From assembly GCA_963744145.1 (NCBI GenBank), contig CAVUSO010000001.1, forward strand, positions 672,001 to 736,000: DNA of 64,000 nt, given 5' to 3'. This DNA comes from an uncultured cyanobacterium. GTDB taxonomy: Bacteria > Cyanobacteriota > Cyanobacteriia > Cyanobacteriales > CAWUOF01. The number at the start of each line of letters is the position of its first letter. The first letter of the stretch is position 1. A model generated the notes under the pieces. It saw nothing but the letters and a program-made list of their open reading frames with translations, was not told the origin of the DNA and searched no databases. Both the position numbers and the translations under genes were made by a program. Below, one piece after another: positions 11,577 to 22,546 of the stretch.

Positions 11577-12300
11577 TTATTCTGGCTCAATTTCTAACTT
11601 GCCGATAATTTTGGGCAAATTAACAGACATTGGTAAACAGATGTGATGATCTGATTGAGTGCTGATTAATCCTAATATTCGCAATCTACCCATTAAACGG
11701 GTGACTGTTACTCGAGTAGAACCAATAGCACTACCAATTTGAGCATGAGTGAGAGACCAGGGTAGACAGTAACCATCGTCACAAGGAATGCCAAATTCGC
11801 CAATTAATAAGGTGAGAAATCCTAACAAACGATCAATAGTGCGGCGCTGTCCCAAGGTACTGAGCCAGAGCAGTTTACGTTGATGTTGATAGCGAAATGC
11901 TGCTAATACTTCACTACGGAAATGGGGCCAATTGTCTGAAATCTTGCCAGTACATCCAGAGGACTGAGGTCTGATCAATATGAGCATAACTGGCTAGTGT
12001 AAAAGGTGGCTGAGTGATGATTTCAAAGGGTTCACCAGGACCAATAAAGCCCAAAAAAGATTCCTCAGTCTGGATCGGAGCTAAGGATGATGCGGAATTT
12101 GGAGTGGTCGCATCATGGTTAGATGTGGCTACTAATCTGACTGCACCCCGTTGAACTAAATAAAGTAACCCCGCACGAGTGGGGATTTTTTCATCTTTCT
12201 GAAAATCTCGACATCGGTAGTGTGATTCTGCCCAGTCTAAAATTGGTTGCCAAGTTAAAAAGGGTCGGGTTGCCTCTGCTAATGAGGAAATAGAATACAT
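11577..12300 (-). pseudogene. Crp/Fnr family transcription regulator, frameshifted
   Basis: MYWQD and DNWPHFR frames join if one base near 11938 is removed; C-terminal HTH THAQIGSAIGSTRVTVTRL. Confidence 0.85.
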
Positions 12301-12555
12301 AAAAATCGACAGATGAAGATAGCTCGAAATTTGCCTGAGATCCCAATTGACCGTTCGTTAATTAGGTTGGATTTTAGTTCTCCCTAAAACTCATTTATAT
12401 TCAGGATGATCTAGATCAACTATATAGAATAAATGCTTAAGAATAACCTGGTTGTTTCTCAGCATTTCTGCTGGATCAAGTTTTTACACTTAAAAGTCCC
12501 ATCGTCAGATTGAGAAAAATTAACAAGATCAAGCAAAACTTAGAGATGGTAGATC

Positions 12556-13398
12556 GTGAATTTAGGTTTAGTTAAATTAGATCAGCTCGGAATTAAACAA
12601 TTGCTGCGCCAGGGGTTGATGGCGGAATTAAGTTTGGCTCAGGATCAATTAAAATTATTTATGCCTGAGACGATGGTGATTCCCTTACTTAGAGCCAAAG
12701 ATGAGCAAAGAGTGTTTTATATCAGTGCGATCGCTTATAAATTAGCTCAACTCGATCAGATCCCTACCCAGGAAGTGGCAATTAGGTTAGCGACTCATTT
12801 GTCTGATTTATCGATAATTTCCCCAGATGGAAGACTGGAGTTAGAATTTGCAGTTGAGGTGGTTGGTCCGGGTTGGATTCACTTCCAGTTAAGCGATCGC
12901 AGTTTGGCTGATTGGTTACAAGGGATCATCCAGGGGGTTTGGTCAGTCAAGGGACAGTTACCAGATGCGATCGGGGTTTCTGAGAGTTTATTTCTGAGCC
13001 AATATGCTCATGCTCGTTGCTGTTCTTTGTTACGTTTAGCTCAAAGAGAAAGAATTATTGCCCTTGACCCAGCACCAGTGATCCCTTGGTTAAACTCTCG
13101 CGGACAATTACAATTACAAAAACCAGCAGAGTTAAAATTAATTGTCCAGCTAGTAGATCTCCTTGATGTTGTTTGCTGTCCTACTCGTGCGATCGGAACT
13201 CAGGATTTGATCAAATTAGCTAATACTTTGAGTCGATCCTTTACAGAATTTCATCGTTATTGTCAAATTTGGGGTGAAGTCCAGCAGATCAACCCGCAGA
13301 TATCGATAGTCCGACTTGGGTTGGTCATGGTTACCCAAAAAATTTTGCAGTTAATTTTAGAAACTTTTTTAGGTGTTTACAGTCCAGAGGAACTCTAA
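12556..13398 (+). CDS. ArgRS-like N-terminal plus DALR anticodon-binding domain protein, no catalytic core
   Basis: GPGWIHF and QYAHARCCSLLR motifs; no HIGH/KMSKS seen; start uncertain. Confidence 0.8.
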   Translation: MNLGLVKLDQLGIKQLLRQGLMAELSLAQDQLKLFMPETMVIPLLRAKDEQRVFYISAIAYKLAQLDQIPTQEVAIRLATHLSDLSIISPDGRLELEFAVEVVGPGWIHFQLSDRSLADWLQGIIQGVWSVKGQLPDAIGVSESLFLSQYAHARCCSLLRLAQRERIIALDPAPVIPWLNSRGQLQLQKPAELKLIVQLVDLLDVVCCPTRAIGTQDLIKLANTLSRSFTEFHRYCQIWGEVQQINPQISIVRLGLVMVTQKILQLILETFLGVYSPEEL

Positions 13399-13475
13399 CC
13401 CAGCTTGATTAGTCTTGATTATTCAAGGGTTAGTCGAGTTTTACTAATCAATTAGACAAAAAAAATTAATAATAC

Positions 13476-13504
13476 TTGACAAATTCCAGATGAAGCGATA
13501 TATT
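13476..13504 (+). promoter_or_regulatory. sigma70-type promoter of the Yfr2 sRNA
   Basis: TTGACA (13476-13481), 17 nt, TATATT (13499-13504), 6 nt before GTGTGAGGAG. Confidence 0.8.
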
Positions 13505-13510
13505 TTACCT

Positions 13511-13572
13511 GTGTGAGGAGCGAACCAGTAAGAACACCGAGACGAAACACGGCCAGTCGTCGGTGTTCTTTC
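13511..13572 (+). ncRNA. yfr2: Yfr2-family cyanobacterial sRNA
   Basis: 5' GTGTGAGGAG, perfect 11-bp stem AAGAACACCGA/TCGGTGTTCTT enclosing GAAACA, good promoter immediately upstream. Confidence 0.8.
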
Positions 13573-13584
13573 TGATGTATAACC

Positions 13585-14457
13585 TTAGAAAATGAATTTT
13601 TTGATCGCTGTAACCACTCCATCTTGTTCAACTTCTGGTGCTACCCATTGAGAAAAAGCTTTGACTGGTTCTGGAGCATTTCCCATCGCGACACCAATTC
13701 CAGCATATTCAAGCATTTCCACATCGTTAAAATTATCACCAATGACCATCACATTAGCCGCTTGTAACCCTAATATTTCCTCAGCTAAATAACGCACTGC
13801 TGTTCCTTTATTGACTAAAGGATTAGTAGCTTCAAAAAAATTAGCCACAGAAGTAGTGAGATATAATTCTGCTGGGGTGTAGCGTTGACGTAGAGTCCCA
13901 ATCAGATGGTCAATTATAGCAATATCATCACTAAGGGCTAAGATTTTGGTGGGTTCAGTAGTTAAAACTTGACGTAGATCACCAACGGGAATGGGTTGAA
14001 TCCCGGAACGTTGAGCATAAAGTTCAGTTTCTGGGGTTAATTCCCGAACATATAATTCCTCATTGATATAAAAGTGGACAGAAAGAGCAGAACGAAGTTC
14101 AGGTTGCTCGAAATAGTCTAACAGTTGTAAAGCCGCAGGGATGGAAACTGGTAGGTGACGATAAATTTGTTCGGTGGTAGGATCTTTAATCAGCGCTCCC
14201 TGGTAGGAAATGAGGGGAAGAATGGAATTGATTTCTTGATGAAAGCGCAAAGCAGAACGGTACATTCTCCCAGTCGCGATCGCAACCGGTATTCCCTTAG
14301 CTTGAACAGCTTGGATTGCTTGTTTTACTGGTTGACTAATCTCGTTTGATTCTCCTACGATAGTACCATCAATATCTAGCACTAGGAGTTGAATATTGCT
14401 CGATGTGCTAATCGAGTGAGTAGCTGAGGTTGATTGACCGATCGGTGTTGGCTGCAT
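13585..14457 (-). CDS. Cof-type HAD-IIB hydrolase
   Basis: DIDGT, ATGR, KG, GDNFND, AMGNA motifs. Confidence 0.93.
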   Translation of the reverse strand: MQPTPIGQSTSATHSISTSSNIQLLVLDIDGTIVGESNEISQPVKQAIQAVQAKGIPVAIATGRMYRSALRFHQEINSILPLISYQGALIKDPTTEQIYRHLPVSIPAALQLLDYFEQPELRSALSVHFYINEELYVRELTPETELYAQRSGIQPIPVGDLRQVLTTEPTKILALSDDIAIIDHLIGTLRQRYTPAELYLTTSVANFFEATNPLVNKGTAVRYLAEEILGLQAANVMVIGDNFNDVEMLEYAGIGVAMGNAPEPVKAFSQWVAPEVEQDGVVTAIKKFIF

Positions 14458-14548
14458 GATTTAATTAGGTAAGTCGGTAGTTAGACAAACAAGGTCATTA
14501 AGATTAGCTGCTCAGACACAATAATTTTCTCATAACCAAGATACTACG

Positions 14549-15397
14549 TTGAAGATCAAAGAAAATCTGCATCATCATCTCATTCAGATCGTGCGCGATC
14601 GCGATCCTTACCTGTCATCTGCTGGTCATTTCTATGTCCAGGAATATATTCGTCAAGAACTACAACAATGGGGAGAAGTTATTAATCACGAATTTCAGTT
14701 CAGGGGGACGACCCATTACAATCTTGTGTTGGATTTACCTACAGCTAATCCGCTTAATAAAAAGAAATTAGCACCGATTTTGATTGGGGCTCATTACGAT
14801 GCTGTCCCAGGGACACCGGGAGCAGATGATAATGCAACTGGGGTAGCAGTATTGTTGGAATTAGCAAGAGAATTTGCTACTAATCCAGTGAAATATCCCC
14901 TCCGATTGGTAGCTTTTGACTTAGAAGAATTGGGATTGTTAGGTAGTGCTGCTTATGCTCAGGATTTGCGGCAGCAAGGACAACCTTTGTCAATGATGTT
15001 ATCTTTAGAAATGCTGGGATATTGCGCTCGATCTGCTCATTCCCAAAGTTATCCACCAGGACTAGAATCTTTTTACCCAAACTCCGGAGATTTTATCGCT
15101 TTGGTAGGGAATTTACAGACAATTCCCAGGATGATCGGTCTAAGTCGTGATCTGAAGGAATCAGGAACCCCTTGTGAATGGTTACCAGTACCCCTAGGAG
15201 GTTCGACTATTCCTTATACCAGACTTAGTGATCATGCTCCTTTTTGGGATCATGGTTATCCAGCAATGATGGTAACTGATACGGCTTTTTTACGCAATCC
15301 CCATTATCATCAAAACAGCGATCGCATTGATACCCTTGATTTAGATTTTCTGACGAGTGTTTGTCAAGGATTGATCTTGGGAATTAATCGTTGGTAG
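14549..15397 (+). CDS. M28 family metallopeptidase
   Basis: GAHYD, GADDNATG, EE, SDH, YH motifs. Confidence 0.9.
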   Translation: MKIKENLHHHLIQIVRDRDPYLSSAGHFYVQEYIRQELQQWGEVINHEFQFRGTTHYNLVLDLPTANPLNKKKLAPILIGAHYDAVPGTPGADDNATGVAVLLELAREFATNPVKYPLRLVAFDLEELGLLGSAAYAQDLRQQGQPLSMMLSLEMLGYCARSAHSQSYPPGLESFYPNSGDFIALVGNLQTIPRMIGLSRDLKESGTPCEWLPVPLGGSTIPYTRLSDHAPFWDHGYPAMMVTDTAFLRNPHYHQNSDRIDTLDLDFLTSVCQGLILGINRW

Positions 15398-15416
15398 GGA
15401 GATTAATTTTGATCAT

Positions 15417-15684
15417 TAGACAAGAAAGAAAAAGTCCTGATTGATCTATTTATTGACAGGCAAGATGCCTGTCCCACCAGAATAAATAACTTTTGTGGGA
15501 CAGGCATCTTGCCTGTCCTATTTATTGTTGCTTTCTTGTCTATTAGAGCAAAGCATTTGTGGGACAGGCATCTTGCCTGTCCTATTTATTGTTGCTTTCT
15601 TGTCTATTAGAGCAAAGCATTTGTGGGACAGGCATCTTGCCTGTCCTATTTATTGTTGCTTTCTTGTCTATTAGAGCAAAGCAT
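15417..15684. repeat. Family 1 MITE/REP doublet with its right half present as three 64-bp tandem units
   Basis: Terminal inverted repeats TAGACAAGAAAG / CTTTCTTGTCTA; identical 64-bp units starting at 15493, 15557, 15621. Confidence 0.92.
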
Positions 15685-17697
15685 ATACTTTAGCTTCCCA
15701 AGGGAAAATCGCTTCTTTACCAACTTTATTACCAGGAACTATTCGTTCTTGAGTAATTTCTTTCCATTGCTTACCGATCGGTGTTAATGGCCAATTTGTC
15801 ACTATATATTCTGCGCCATGACTCTGGGGATTAGGAGTGCTATAATCGGAAAAATTAGCCACGACAACTACTAATTTATCTCCCTCACCTCTTTGCCAAG
15901 CTAACACTCGTTTACCACCATTCAAATCAACATGAATAAACTTGGTATCATTTACAGCTAAAGCATCAGAATTGGTACGAAAGCGAACTAATCTAGATAC
16001 ATACTTGAAGATCCGTTGACGCCAATCATCTTTTAGGCGACTATAATTAACAGGATCAATTTGTTTATTCATCTCTCCTTGTTTGGGCTGGTTGATATCT
16101 AAATCCATTTGATCTGCAAATTCATCACCAGCTAAAATCATGGGAATCCCAACCGCAGTTAATAAGCAAACAAAAGCTAATTTAATCCGCGGTTCTGCAT
16201 AGATGACACCATTGTTAATTAAGTAGTTGAAAAAGCGTTCGTTTCCAAAACCACCAACATCGTGAGAAGTTAAGTAATTGACAGCTTGGGTCCCATCGGT
16301 AAAACCTAAATTGCGACAGTCGATTAATTTACGAACACTCCATTCAAAACTCGAATCACCTAAAGCAGTTTTACCTAAAATTACTTGACGAATAATCTGT
16401 TTAAATTTTTCATTCCATAATCCATCTAAACGATTTTGTTTGATTAGAGCTAGGGGAACACTTAATTCTTCTCCTACTACTAGAAAGCGATCACTACTAC
16501 CTCCCCGTTCTTTCCAGAATCTCATGGGCAAAATCTTTAAATTCTTGCAAAAAGTCATAGTTAGCAATATTATTAACACTATCTAGACGCAAACCATCGA
16601 CTCGATAGTAGGTTAACCAATGAGCAATATAAGTTTTTAGATATTCCCGAGCAGGAACAAAGGATGATTTTTGTCCGGTGATCGGATGATAACCATTGAC
16701 CCAGAAATTGTATTTAAACAAATCTCCACCAAATCCATCTCGATGTTTTTCTTCCGGATCTCCACTGCCAACTTTAACATAAAAATCAAAAAAATTAATA
16801 TTGTGGTAAGGATTATTGCGGGAAAAAGCCATGACTACATCGAGAAAAAAGCGTAATCCATTTTGATGACAAGCTTTAATTAAATTAACTAAATTATTAG
16901 TAGCATTAGAGGGTTGAGATGCGGGTACTCCTGGTGGACGACCGAGATAGAAACTAGCTGAAAAATAGTTAGCAGTTCCATATCCCCAGGTGAGATCATC
17001 ATCACTATCTGCTGGAGGTAAAAGTTCGAGGGCATTAATTCCTAATTCTAGTAAATGAGCGCGATTATTTAAAGTAGTAACCGTGGGAAAACTAGGAGGA
17101 TTTTGGTTAGATATTAATAAAGCTAATACATCTTGAAATGTGCCATTACCTATTTCTGTAGTTCCGGTTGAGCGACTATGACTCCAACGAGTTGGTAATT
17201 CATAAATGACTAATCGATTATTTGGCGATCGGGATGGTAAAGGAGGATCACCTTGCCAATTGACGGTTTTTCCATCAGCATCACAAGGTATCAATTCACC
17301 ATTTTTATATAGCACAACACTGGCTGGATCGAAACTAGGAAATCCACCAAAGACAAAAGGGATTGGTGCAGAAAAACGTCGGTCAACTGTCCAAGCGATC
17401 GGATCGGTACAGTAGACAACTTCGATGAAACTCAAGATATTATAGGCGTCAGTATTGTGGACTTTAAACCAGTAAAAATAGACTTGTCCATTATTAAGCT
17501 TACATTTTTTAGCTTCTACCTGCCAAAGTTCTGGAAAATCTGGACATTGTTCCAAAGGAATTTCCCGAATTTTTTTTAAGTTGAGGGACTTAGATTTTGC
17601 TAATTGTGCTAGGTAAAGAGTTGGTTGAGGATAATTTTTACCTGGACAGCCATAAAATAAAATGAGTTTTCTTGCGATTTAATAAATCAACAGCCAT
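15671..17697 (-). pseudogene. GH13 alpha-amylase-family glycoside hydrolase with two frameshifts
   Basis: WGYG, RLDSV, VGEE, TSHD catalytic regions; reading from ATG 17697 (MAVDLLNRKKTHFILW) needs single-base corrections near 17650 and 16520. Confidence 0.85.
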
Positions 17698-17779
17698 AAC
17701 TGAACTTCCCCTGAGTGAACATAAGTCTATATTACATTATTTTTTCCTATAAAAAATTTTGGCTTGAGCTAAATGATTG

Positions 17780-17901
17780 ACCTAACCCCCCAACCCCCTT
17801 CCCTAAGAGGGAAAGGGGAGTAATTAAGATGGTTAAATTAATGGGAGATTTATTGGATTTATTCTGCTCCCCTTTCCTTTTAGGAGAGGGGTTGGGGGAG
17901 A
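17780..17901. repeat. REP-like doublet, C-rich/G-rich family
   Basis: CCCCCAACCCCCTTCCCTAAGAGGGAAAGGGGAG ... CTCCCCTTTCCTTTTAGGAGAGGGGTTGGGGG in inverted arrangement. Confidence 0.75.
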
Positions 17902-17962
17902 GTTCAAACAACTTTTATGGTACAATTAAACGGCATTAGTATTGATAGTGGATATTTCAAAT

Positions 17963-19813
17963 ATGCAAGACAACAATAATAATTTATTCGGGCAAGTTTA
18001 TTTTATCAGACATGGGGAAAGCACTAGCAATGAACGTAATATTTTTGCAGGGGTTTTAGATGTTCCACTTACTCCCTACGGTGAATTACAAGCACATCGT
18101 GCAGGAATCGATCTACAAACAAAGGGGATCAAGTTTGATGTAGTATATGTTTCCCATCTGAAACGTGCAAGACAAACCTGTGAAATAGTTCTTGCTACCA
18201 GTCAAACTCTTAAATCAGCAGATATTCCGATTCAGATTGACTATCGAATTAGTGAGCGATCACAAGGTATTTTTACCAACCGAAATAAAAATCTAGTTCG
18301 TTTAACTCTTGGTTATGAAAGTTTTGAAGAACTATTACATTCATATAATGAATTACCTCCCAATGGGGAAAAAATTGCTCAAGTTTATGCTCGGGTAGTG
18401 GCTTTTTATGAAGAGCGAATTATCCCCCATTTAGAACGAGGAGAAAATGTTTTAGTAGTCTGCCATGAATATATATTAGAACCTTTGTCAGTTTATTTAA
18501 GCGGTTTACCAGCAACTGCATATAAACGTCTAAAACTTCCTAATGCTAAAGCACTAAGTTGTGAAGACTTAATCAAATTTCGTGATTATGAATCTAGTCA
18601 AGGGGCAGAATTACGGAAAAAGATTAATGATCTTTTAACTATGTGGGCTATTCCCTTATATGCGATCGCATTTTTGCTTGGTAGTTTAGTAAAAGTAGTG
18701 AGTAGATCAGCAGAAATACCATCAAATATATTTATAGCAATAACCGTTACTGGTCTGGCTATTGCCACGTTTTATACTTATCTAAGTATTGATTTTCAAG
18801 AGAGTAAAGAACAAGTTAATCCTAAGATTAAGTATATAGTTTATTTCTGGATGTTAGCTCGATATTTAATCGGATTATTATTGATATTTTCTGGAATTTT
18901 AGATCAGAACTATGAAGATTTGGATAAAATTTTATGGGTAATTTTTTGGATGATGCCACCTGCATTAACATCCCCAGTTTTATCTCTTCTATGGGGTGGC
19001 AATCTTTATCCAGCTGCGATATTGTCAAGAACATTGTCGATGATTGCTCCCTTAGCACTAATTGCGATCTTGAGCATGGCGAAATTACCAATTAGTGTTA
19101 AAAGTCTGAACTTTTTTTATTTGATTCTAGTATTGGGATTAGCGATCCCAGCATTAATAGCTCAATTATGGCGTTCCCAATCTCCTGTTCAATCACATCA
19201 TCATAGTAACGAATGGAAATTTATCGGAGTGATGGCGATCGGGTTAATTAATATTGCGATCGGATTTCAATTTACCAAATCAACATTAATTTCGGATATA
19301 TTCTTATCAGTTGATCCTCGTGGTTCAGGAGCTTGTTTGAAGCAGCTAATCATCGCAATTATTATATTTCTCCTGCTCCGGATCTTAGCTATGTTAACTG
19401 CGATCGTTTCTAAACGCTGGCTCAATGCAGCGGAAGCACAGGATATTTATATACTGCTGACCAATCCAAATTTTCTACTTTGGGCTGCTCTGTTCAGTGG
19501 AGTAACTATTGATAATGGCAATCTAACATCTTTAAACTATCAAGTTTTTTGGGCAGCTATGGGATTCTATTGTCTGCCATTTTTTGATCAGTTATTTATC
19601 GTGAATCACTATAGCAGTGACTTATTACGAGAAACGTTAAAGCTATCTCAAATCGCCATGGAAGATGTCAAGAAAATTTTCCTTCAATCCTATAGTAATC
19701 AAGAAATTAATAAAGATGAGTTCGTGGAGTTTTTAGGTAAAATGGAAGATGTTACATTAGGTGAGCGTACTCCTGAAGAACTGAGAAGACATATTGCTGA
19801 TTATTACCTTTAA
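17963..19813 (+). CDS. Histidine phosphatase (PGM-like) fused to a multi-TM transporter-like domain
   Basis: IRHGES, R, ER and VCH motifs, then many hydrophobic segments including PPALTSPVLSLLWGGN; C-terminus possibly truncated. Confidence 0.8.
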   Translation: MQDNNNNLFGQVYFIRHGESTSNERNIFAGVLDVPLTPYGELQAHRAGIDLQTKGIKFDVVYVSHLKRARQTCEIVLATSQTLKSADIPIQIDYRISERSQGIFTNRNKNLVRLTLGYESFEELLHSYNELPPNGEKIAQVYARVVAFYEERIIPHLERGENVLVVCHEYILEPLSVYLSGLPATAYKRLKLPNAKALSCEDLIKFRDYESSQGAELRKKINDLLTMWAIPLYAIAFLLGSLVKVVSRSAEIPSNIFIAITVTGLAIATFYTYLSIDFQESKEQVNPKIKYIVYFWMLARYLIGLLLIFSGILDQNYEDLDKILWVIFWMMPPALTSPVLSLLWGGNLYPAAILSRTLSMIAPLALIAILSMAKLPISVKSLNFFYLILVLGLAIPALIAQLWRSQSPVQSHHHSNEWKFIGVMAIGLINIAIGFQFTKSTLISDIFLSVDPRGSGACLKQLIIAIIIFLLLRILAMLTAIVSKRWLNAAEAQDIYILLTNPNFLLWAALFSGVTIDNGNLTSLNYQVFWAAMGFYCLPFFDQLFIVNHYSSDLLRETLKLSQIAMEDVKKIFLQSYSNQEINKDEFVEFLGKMEDVTLGERTPEELRRHIADYYL

Positions 19814-19827
19814 AAATACTGACTATA

Positions 19828-20025
19828 CCTGTAAGTAATAAATTTCCCGAATCAATCCCACCATCGCAACCACAACATTTCCTGATTTTGATACCTACCT
19901 TGCCATAATCCTAACTCTACATTTAAAGGGTCAATTACATAGCGACCACAAGGATTAGGAGCTAACTGCTGATACATTTTATTGATCAGTCGATAGACTT
20001 CTAGTTTCCCTGTTTTAATTTCATA
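19828..20025 (-). pseudogene. Uma2-family endonuclease C-terminal remnant
   Basis: Minus strand reads YEIKTGKLEVYRLINKMYQQLAPNPCGRYVIDPLNVELGLWQGRYQNQEMLWLRWWD*; no start or N-terminal part. Confidence 0.75.
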
Positions 20026-20060
20026 TAGGTCATACTCATGCTGACAGATTGTAGGTTATA

Positions 20061-20517
20061 TATACAGCGGATTCTATGTTGATGAAGTACAGTAAGATTT
20101 GGCGTGAATGGCGATCAGTTAAAGTCTATTGTGATTGATCTGTGTTGGTTGGGCGGGTTTTTGATGGTGATCTGTTTGGAGCAAAATTAATTGGTGAACC
20201 CGCCCCTACAAATCCTGCTTGATTGTGAGCATAAATTCATCGACCAGACATTTTTATGAGCGAAATTCATCTTGAATTTCAGGTTTTTTGGTAAATCAGA
20301 CCAGATCCGAATCGGTTTATCACCTGTAGGGGCGGGTTCACCGATGAATCAGCCACATACAAATAACCCTTGTGCCGAGCGCAGTCGAGGTATTAATGAA
20401 CCCGCCCTGCCCCACAGATCACCGGGCTGAACTCACCCCATCCACATCTCAGACAACAATGTCTCGACTACGCTCGACACAAGTGGTATACTTCACCAAC
20501 CTGGAATAAGCTGTATA
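20061..20517. mobile_element. 457-bp MITE/REPIN-like element, family 2
   Basis: Imperfect ~31-bp terminal inverted repeats (TATACAGCGGATTCTATGTTGATGAAGTACA / TATACTTCACCAACCTGGAATAAGCTGTATA), internal GTAGGGGCGGGTTCACC REPs; homologous copy at 53504-53900. Confidence 0.82.
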
Positions 20518-20639
20518 TGTGCTAATATTTTGAGCGATAAAGAACAATCTCAATTATCCTTATTATCAATTGCGAAGTTTAACTGAACTGGATTGAACTA
20601 TAAACAGATTCAGAATCAACTATTAAAAAATCTAATCAG

Positions 20640-22529
20640 ATGACATTTATTTTCAGCGAATTTCAACCCATTGCCGCGATCGCGACCACTCCTAACAGCT
20701 ACCAAAGATTAGCATTGGTCTGTCACTCTCTAGATATTCCCCTCTGGATACCCCCAGCTTTAGCCGATCGCGCTAGGAATGCTAAAATTTATCAAGGTTC
20801 TCTCAAAGATCACATAGCTTTTCTTTGGCAAAATCATCGCAGTTTTATATTTTGTTTAGCGACTGGTGCTGTAGTCCGGTTAATTGCACCTTTATTACAA
20901 GATAAATCCCATGATCCAGCAGTAATCGTCATTGATGAAAATGCCAAGTTTGTGATTAGTTTATGTAGTGGACATCAAGGAAAAGCTGATCAATTTGCCC
21001 GACTAATTGCTTTAAAATTAGGAGCCACACCGATTCTCACTGGTGCAGCTAATAGCTTAAATTTACCAGGGATTGATATTTTTGGGTTACCATTTGGATG
21101 GAAAAGAGGTTTAGGAGATTGGACAGGAGTAAGTGCGGCGATCGCTCGTGGTGAATCAGTCCAAGTAATTCAAGAAGTAGGGTCAACTCTGTGGCAAAAT
21201 CATCTACCTCTATCCCATCCTTTTACTTTTGGATTTCCAGAATATCCTAGTCCTGATCACCAAGAACTAATTTCACCTCAAGCAAGAATTTGGATTAGTG
21301 CTACTCAACGACAATTTGCCCTAAAATCAGAATTCCCAAAAGTCCAATGGCACCCCAGAGTTTTGTGGATAGGAATTGGTTGTGAACGGGGAACTTCTCA
21401 AATAGTAATTGCTCAAGCAATTAAACAAATCTGTCAGAGTAATCATTTGGCTGAAGATGCGATCGCTGGGATTGCGACCATTGATATTAAAGCTGATGAA
21501 GTCGGATTAATCGAATTATGTCGCGATCGCGATTATGCTTTCTTAACTTTTCCGGCTGAAGTTTTACGCCATATCCCAGTTCCCAATCCTTCCCCTATTG
21601 TAGCAGCAGAAGTCGGCACTCCTAGTGTAGCAGAAGCTGCGGCTTTAGCTGCGGCTAAATGTGCAGAATTGTTAGTTTCTAAGCAAATCTTTAGACTGGA
21701 AAATCAATCAGGAGCGGTAACGATCGCGATCGCGCAAGCGGAACAAGAATATATTGGACATTCTGGTAAATTATTATTGGTTGGTACAGGACCAGGAAAT
21801 TTAGATCAAATGACCCCAGCAGCACAAATTGCGATTAGTAGTGCTGATGTGATTATTGGGTATTCTTTATATATAGATTTAATCTCCCCATTAATCCATC
21901 CAGGACAAATAATCGAAGCTTTACCAATTACCCAAGAAAGACAACGAGCAGAAAGAGCGATCGAATTAGCGCAATGGGGTTTAACAGTCGCGGTGATTTC
22001 TTCGGGAGATTGTGGTATTTATGGAATGGCTGGATTAGTGTTAGAGCAACTACAACAATTAGATTGGGATGGGAAAACACCGCAAGTACAAGTATTTCCA
22101 GGAATTAGTGCTTTACAATCAGCAGCATCACGAGTAGGGGCACCTTTAATGCACGATTTTTGTGCAATTAGTTTAAGCGATTTATTAACACCCTGGGAAA
22201 TAATTGAAAAACGTCTAATTGCCGCAGCAACAGCAGATTTTGTGGTAGCAATTTATAATCCGCGATCGCAAACCCGGATTCAACAAATCGCGATCGCTCA
22301 AACTATTTTTCTCCAACATCGTCCGGCTCAAACTCCAGTAGCGATCGTTCATTCTGCTTATCGAGAGGATGAACAAATTACTCTCTCTACCCTTGACAAA
22401 TTCTTAGAAATACCCATTGATATGTTAACTACAGTAATCATTGGTAATCACAGCACTTGTATTTATCAAAATTGGATGATTACACCGCGAGGATATTTAG
22501 GTTTTCAGCCAAAAGAGGAAATAAATTAG
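20640..22529 (+). CDS. cobJ: CbiG / precorrin-3B C17-methyltransferase fusion (cobalamin synthesis)
   Basis: DPAVIVID, SGHQG, GIGCERG, PSVAEAAAL (CbiG) then VGTGPG, SSGDCGIYGM, HDFCAISLSDLLTPW, MITPRGY (CobJ/CbiH). Confidence 0.93.
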   Translation: MTFIFSEFQPIAAIATTPNSYQRLALVCHSLDIPLWIPPALADRARNAKIYQGSLKDHIAFLWQNHRSFIFCLATGAVVRLIAPLLQDKSHDPAVIVIDENAKFVISLCSGHQGKADQFARLIALKLGATPILTGAANSLNLPGIDIFGLPFGWKRGLGDWTGVSAAIARGESVQVIQEVGSTLWQNHLPLSHPFTFGFPEYPSPDHQELISPQARIWISATQRQFALKSEFPKVQWHPRVLWIGIGCERGTSQIVIAQAIKQICQSNHLAEDAIAGIATIDIKADEVGLIELCRDRDYAFLTFPAEVLRHIPVPNPSPIVAAEVGTPSVAEAAALAAAKCAELLVSKQIFRLENQSGAVTIAIAQAEQEYIGHSGKLLLVGTGPGNLDQMTPAAQIAISSADVIIGYSLYIDLISPLIHPGQIIEALPITQERQRAERAIELAQWGLTVAVISSGDCGIYGMAGLVLEQLQQLDWDGKTPQVQVFPGISALQSAASRVGAPLMHDFCAISLSDLLTPWEIIEKRLIAAATADFVVAIYNPRSQTRIQQIAIAQTIFLQHRPAQTPVAIVHSAYREDEQITLSTLDKFLEIPIDMLTTVIIGNHSTCIYQNWMITPRGYLGFQPKEEIN

Positions 22530-22546
22530 TCTATGTTCGGAGTTTG

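Noticed and set aside
15493..15684. CRISPR array
   Set aside because: Identical 64-bp tandem units with no spacers
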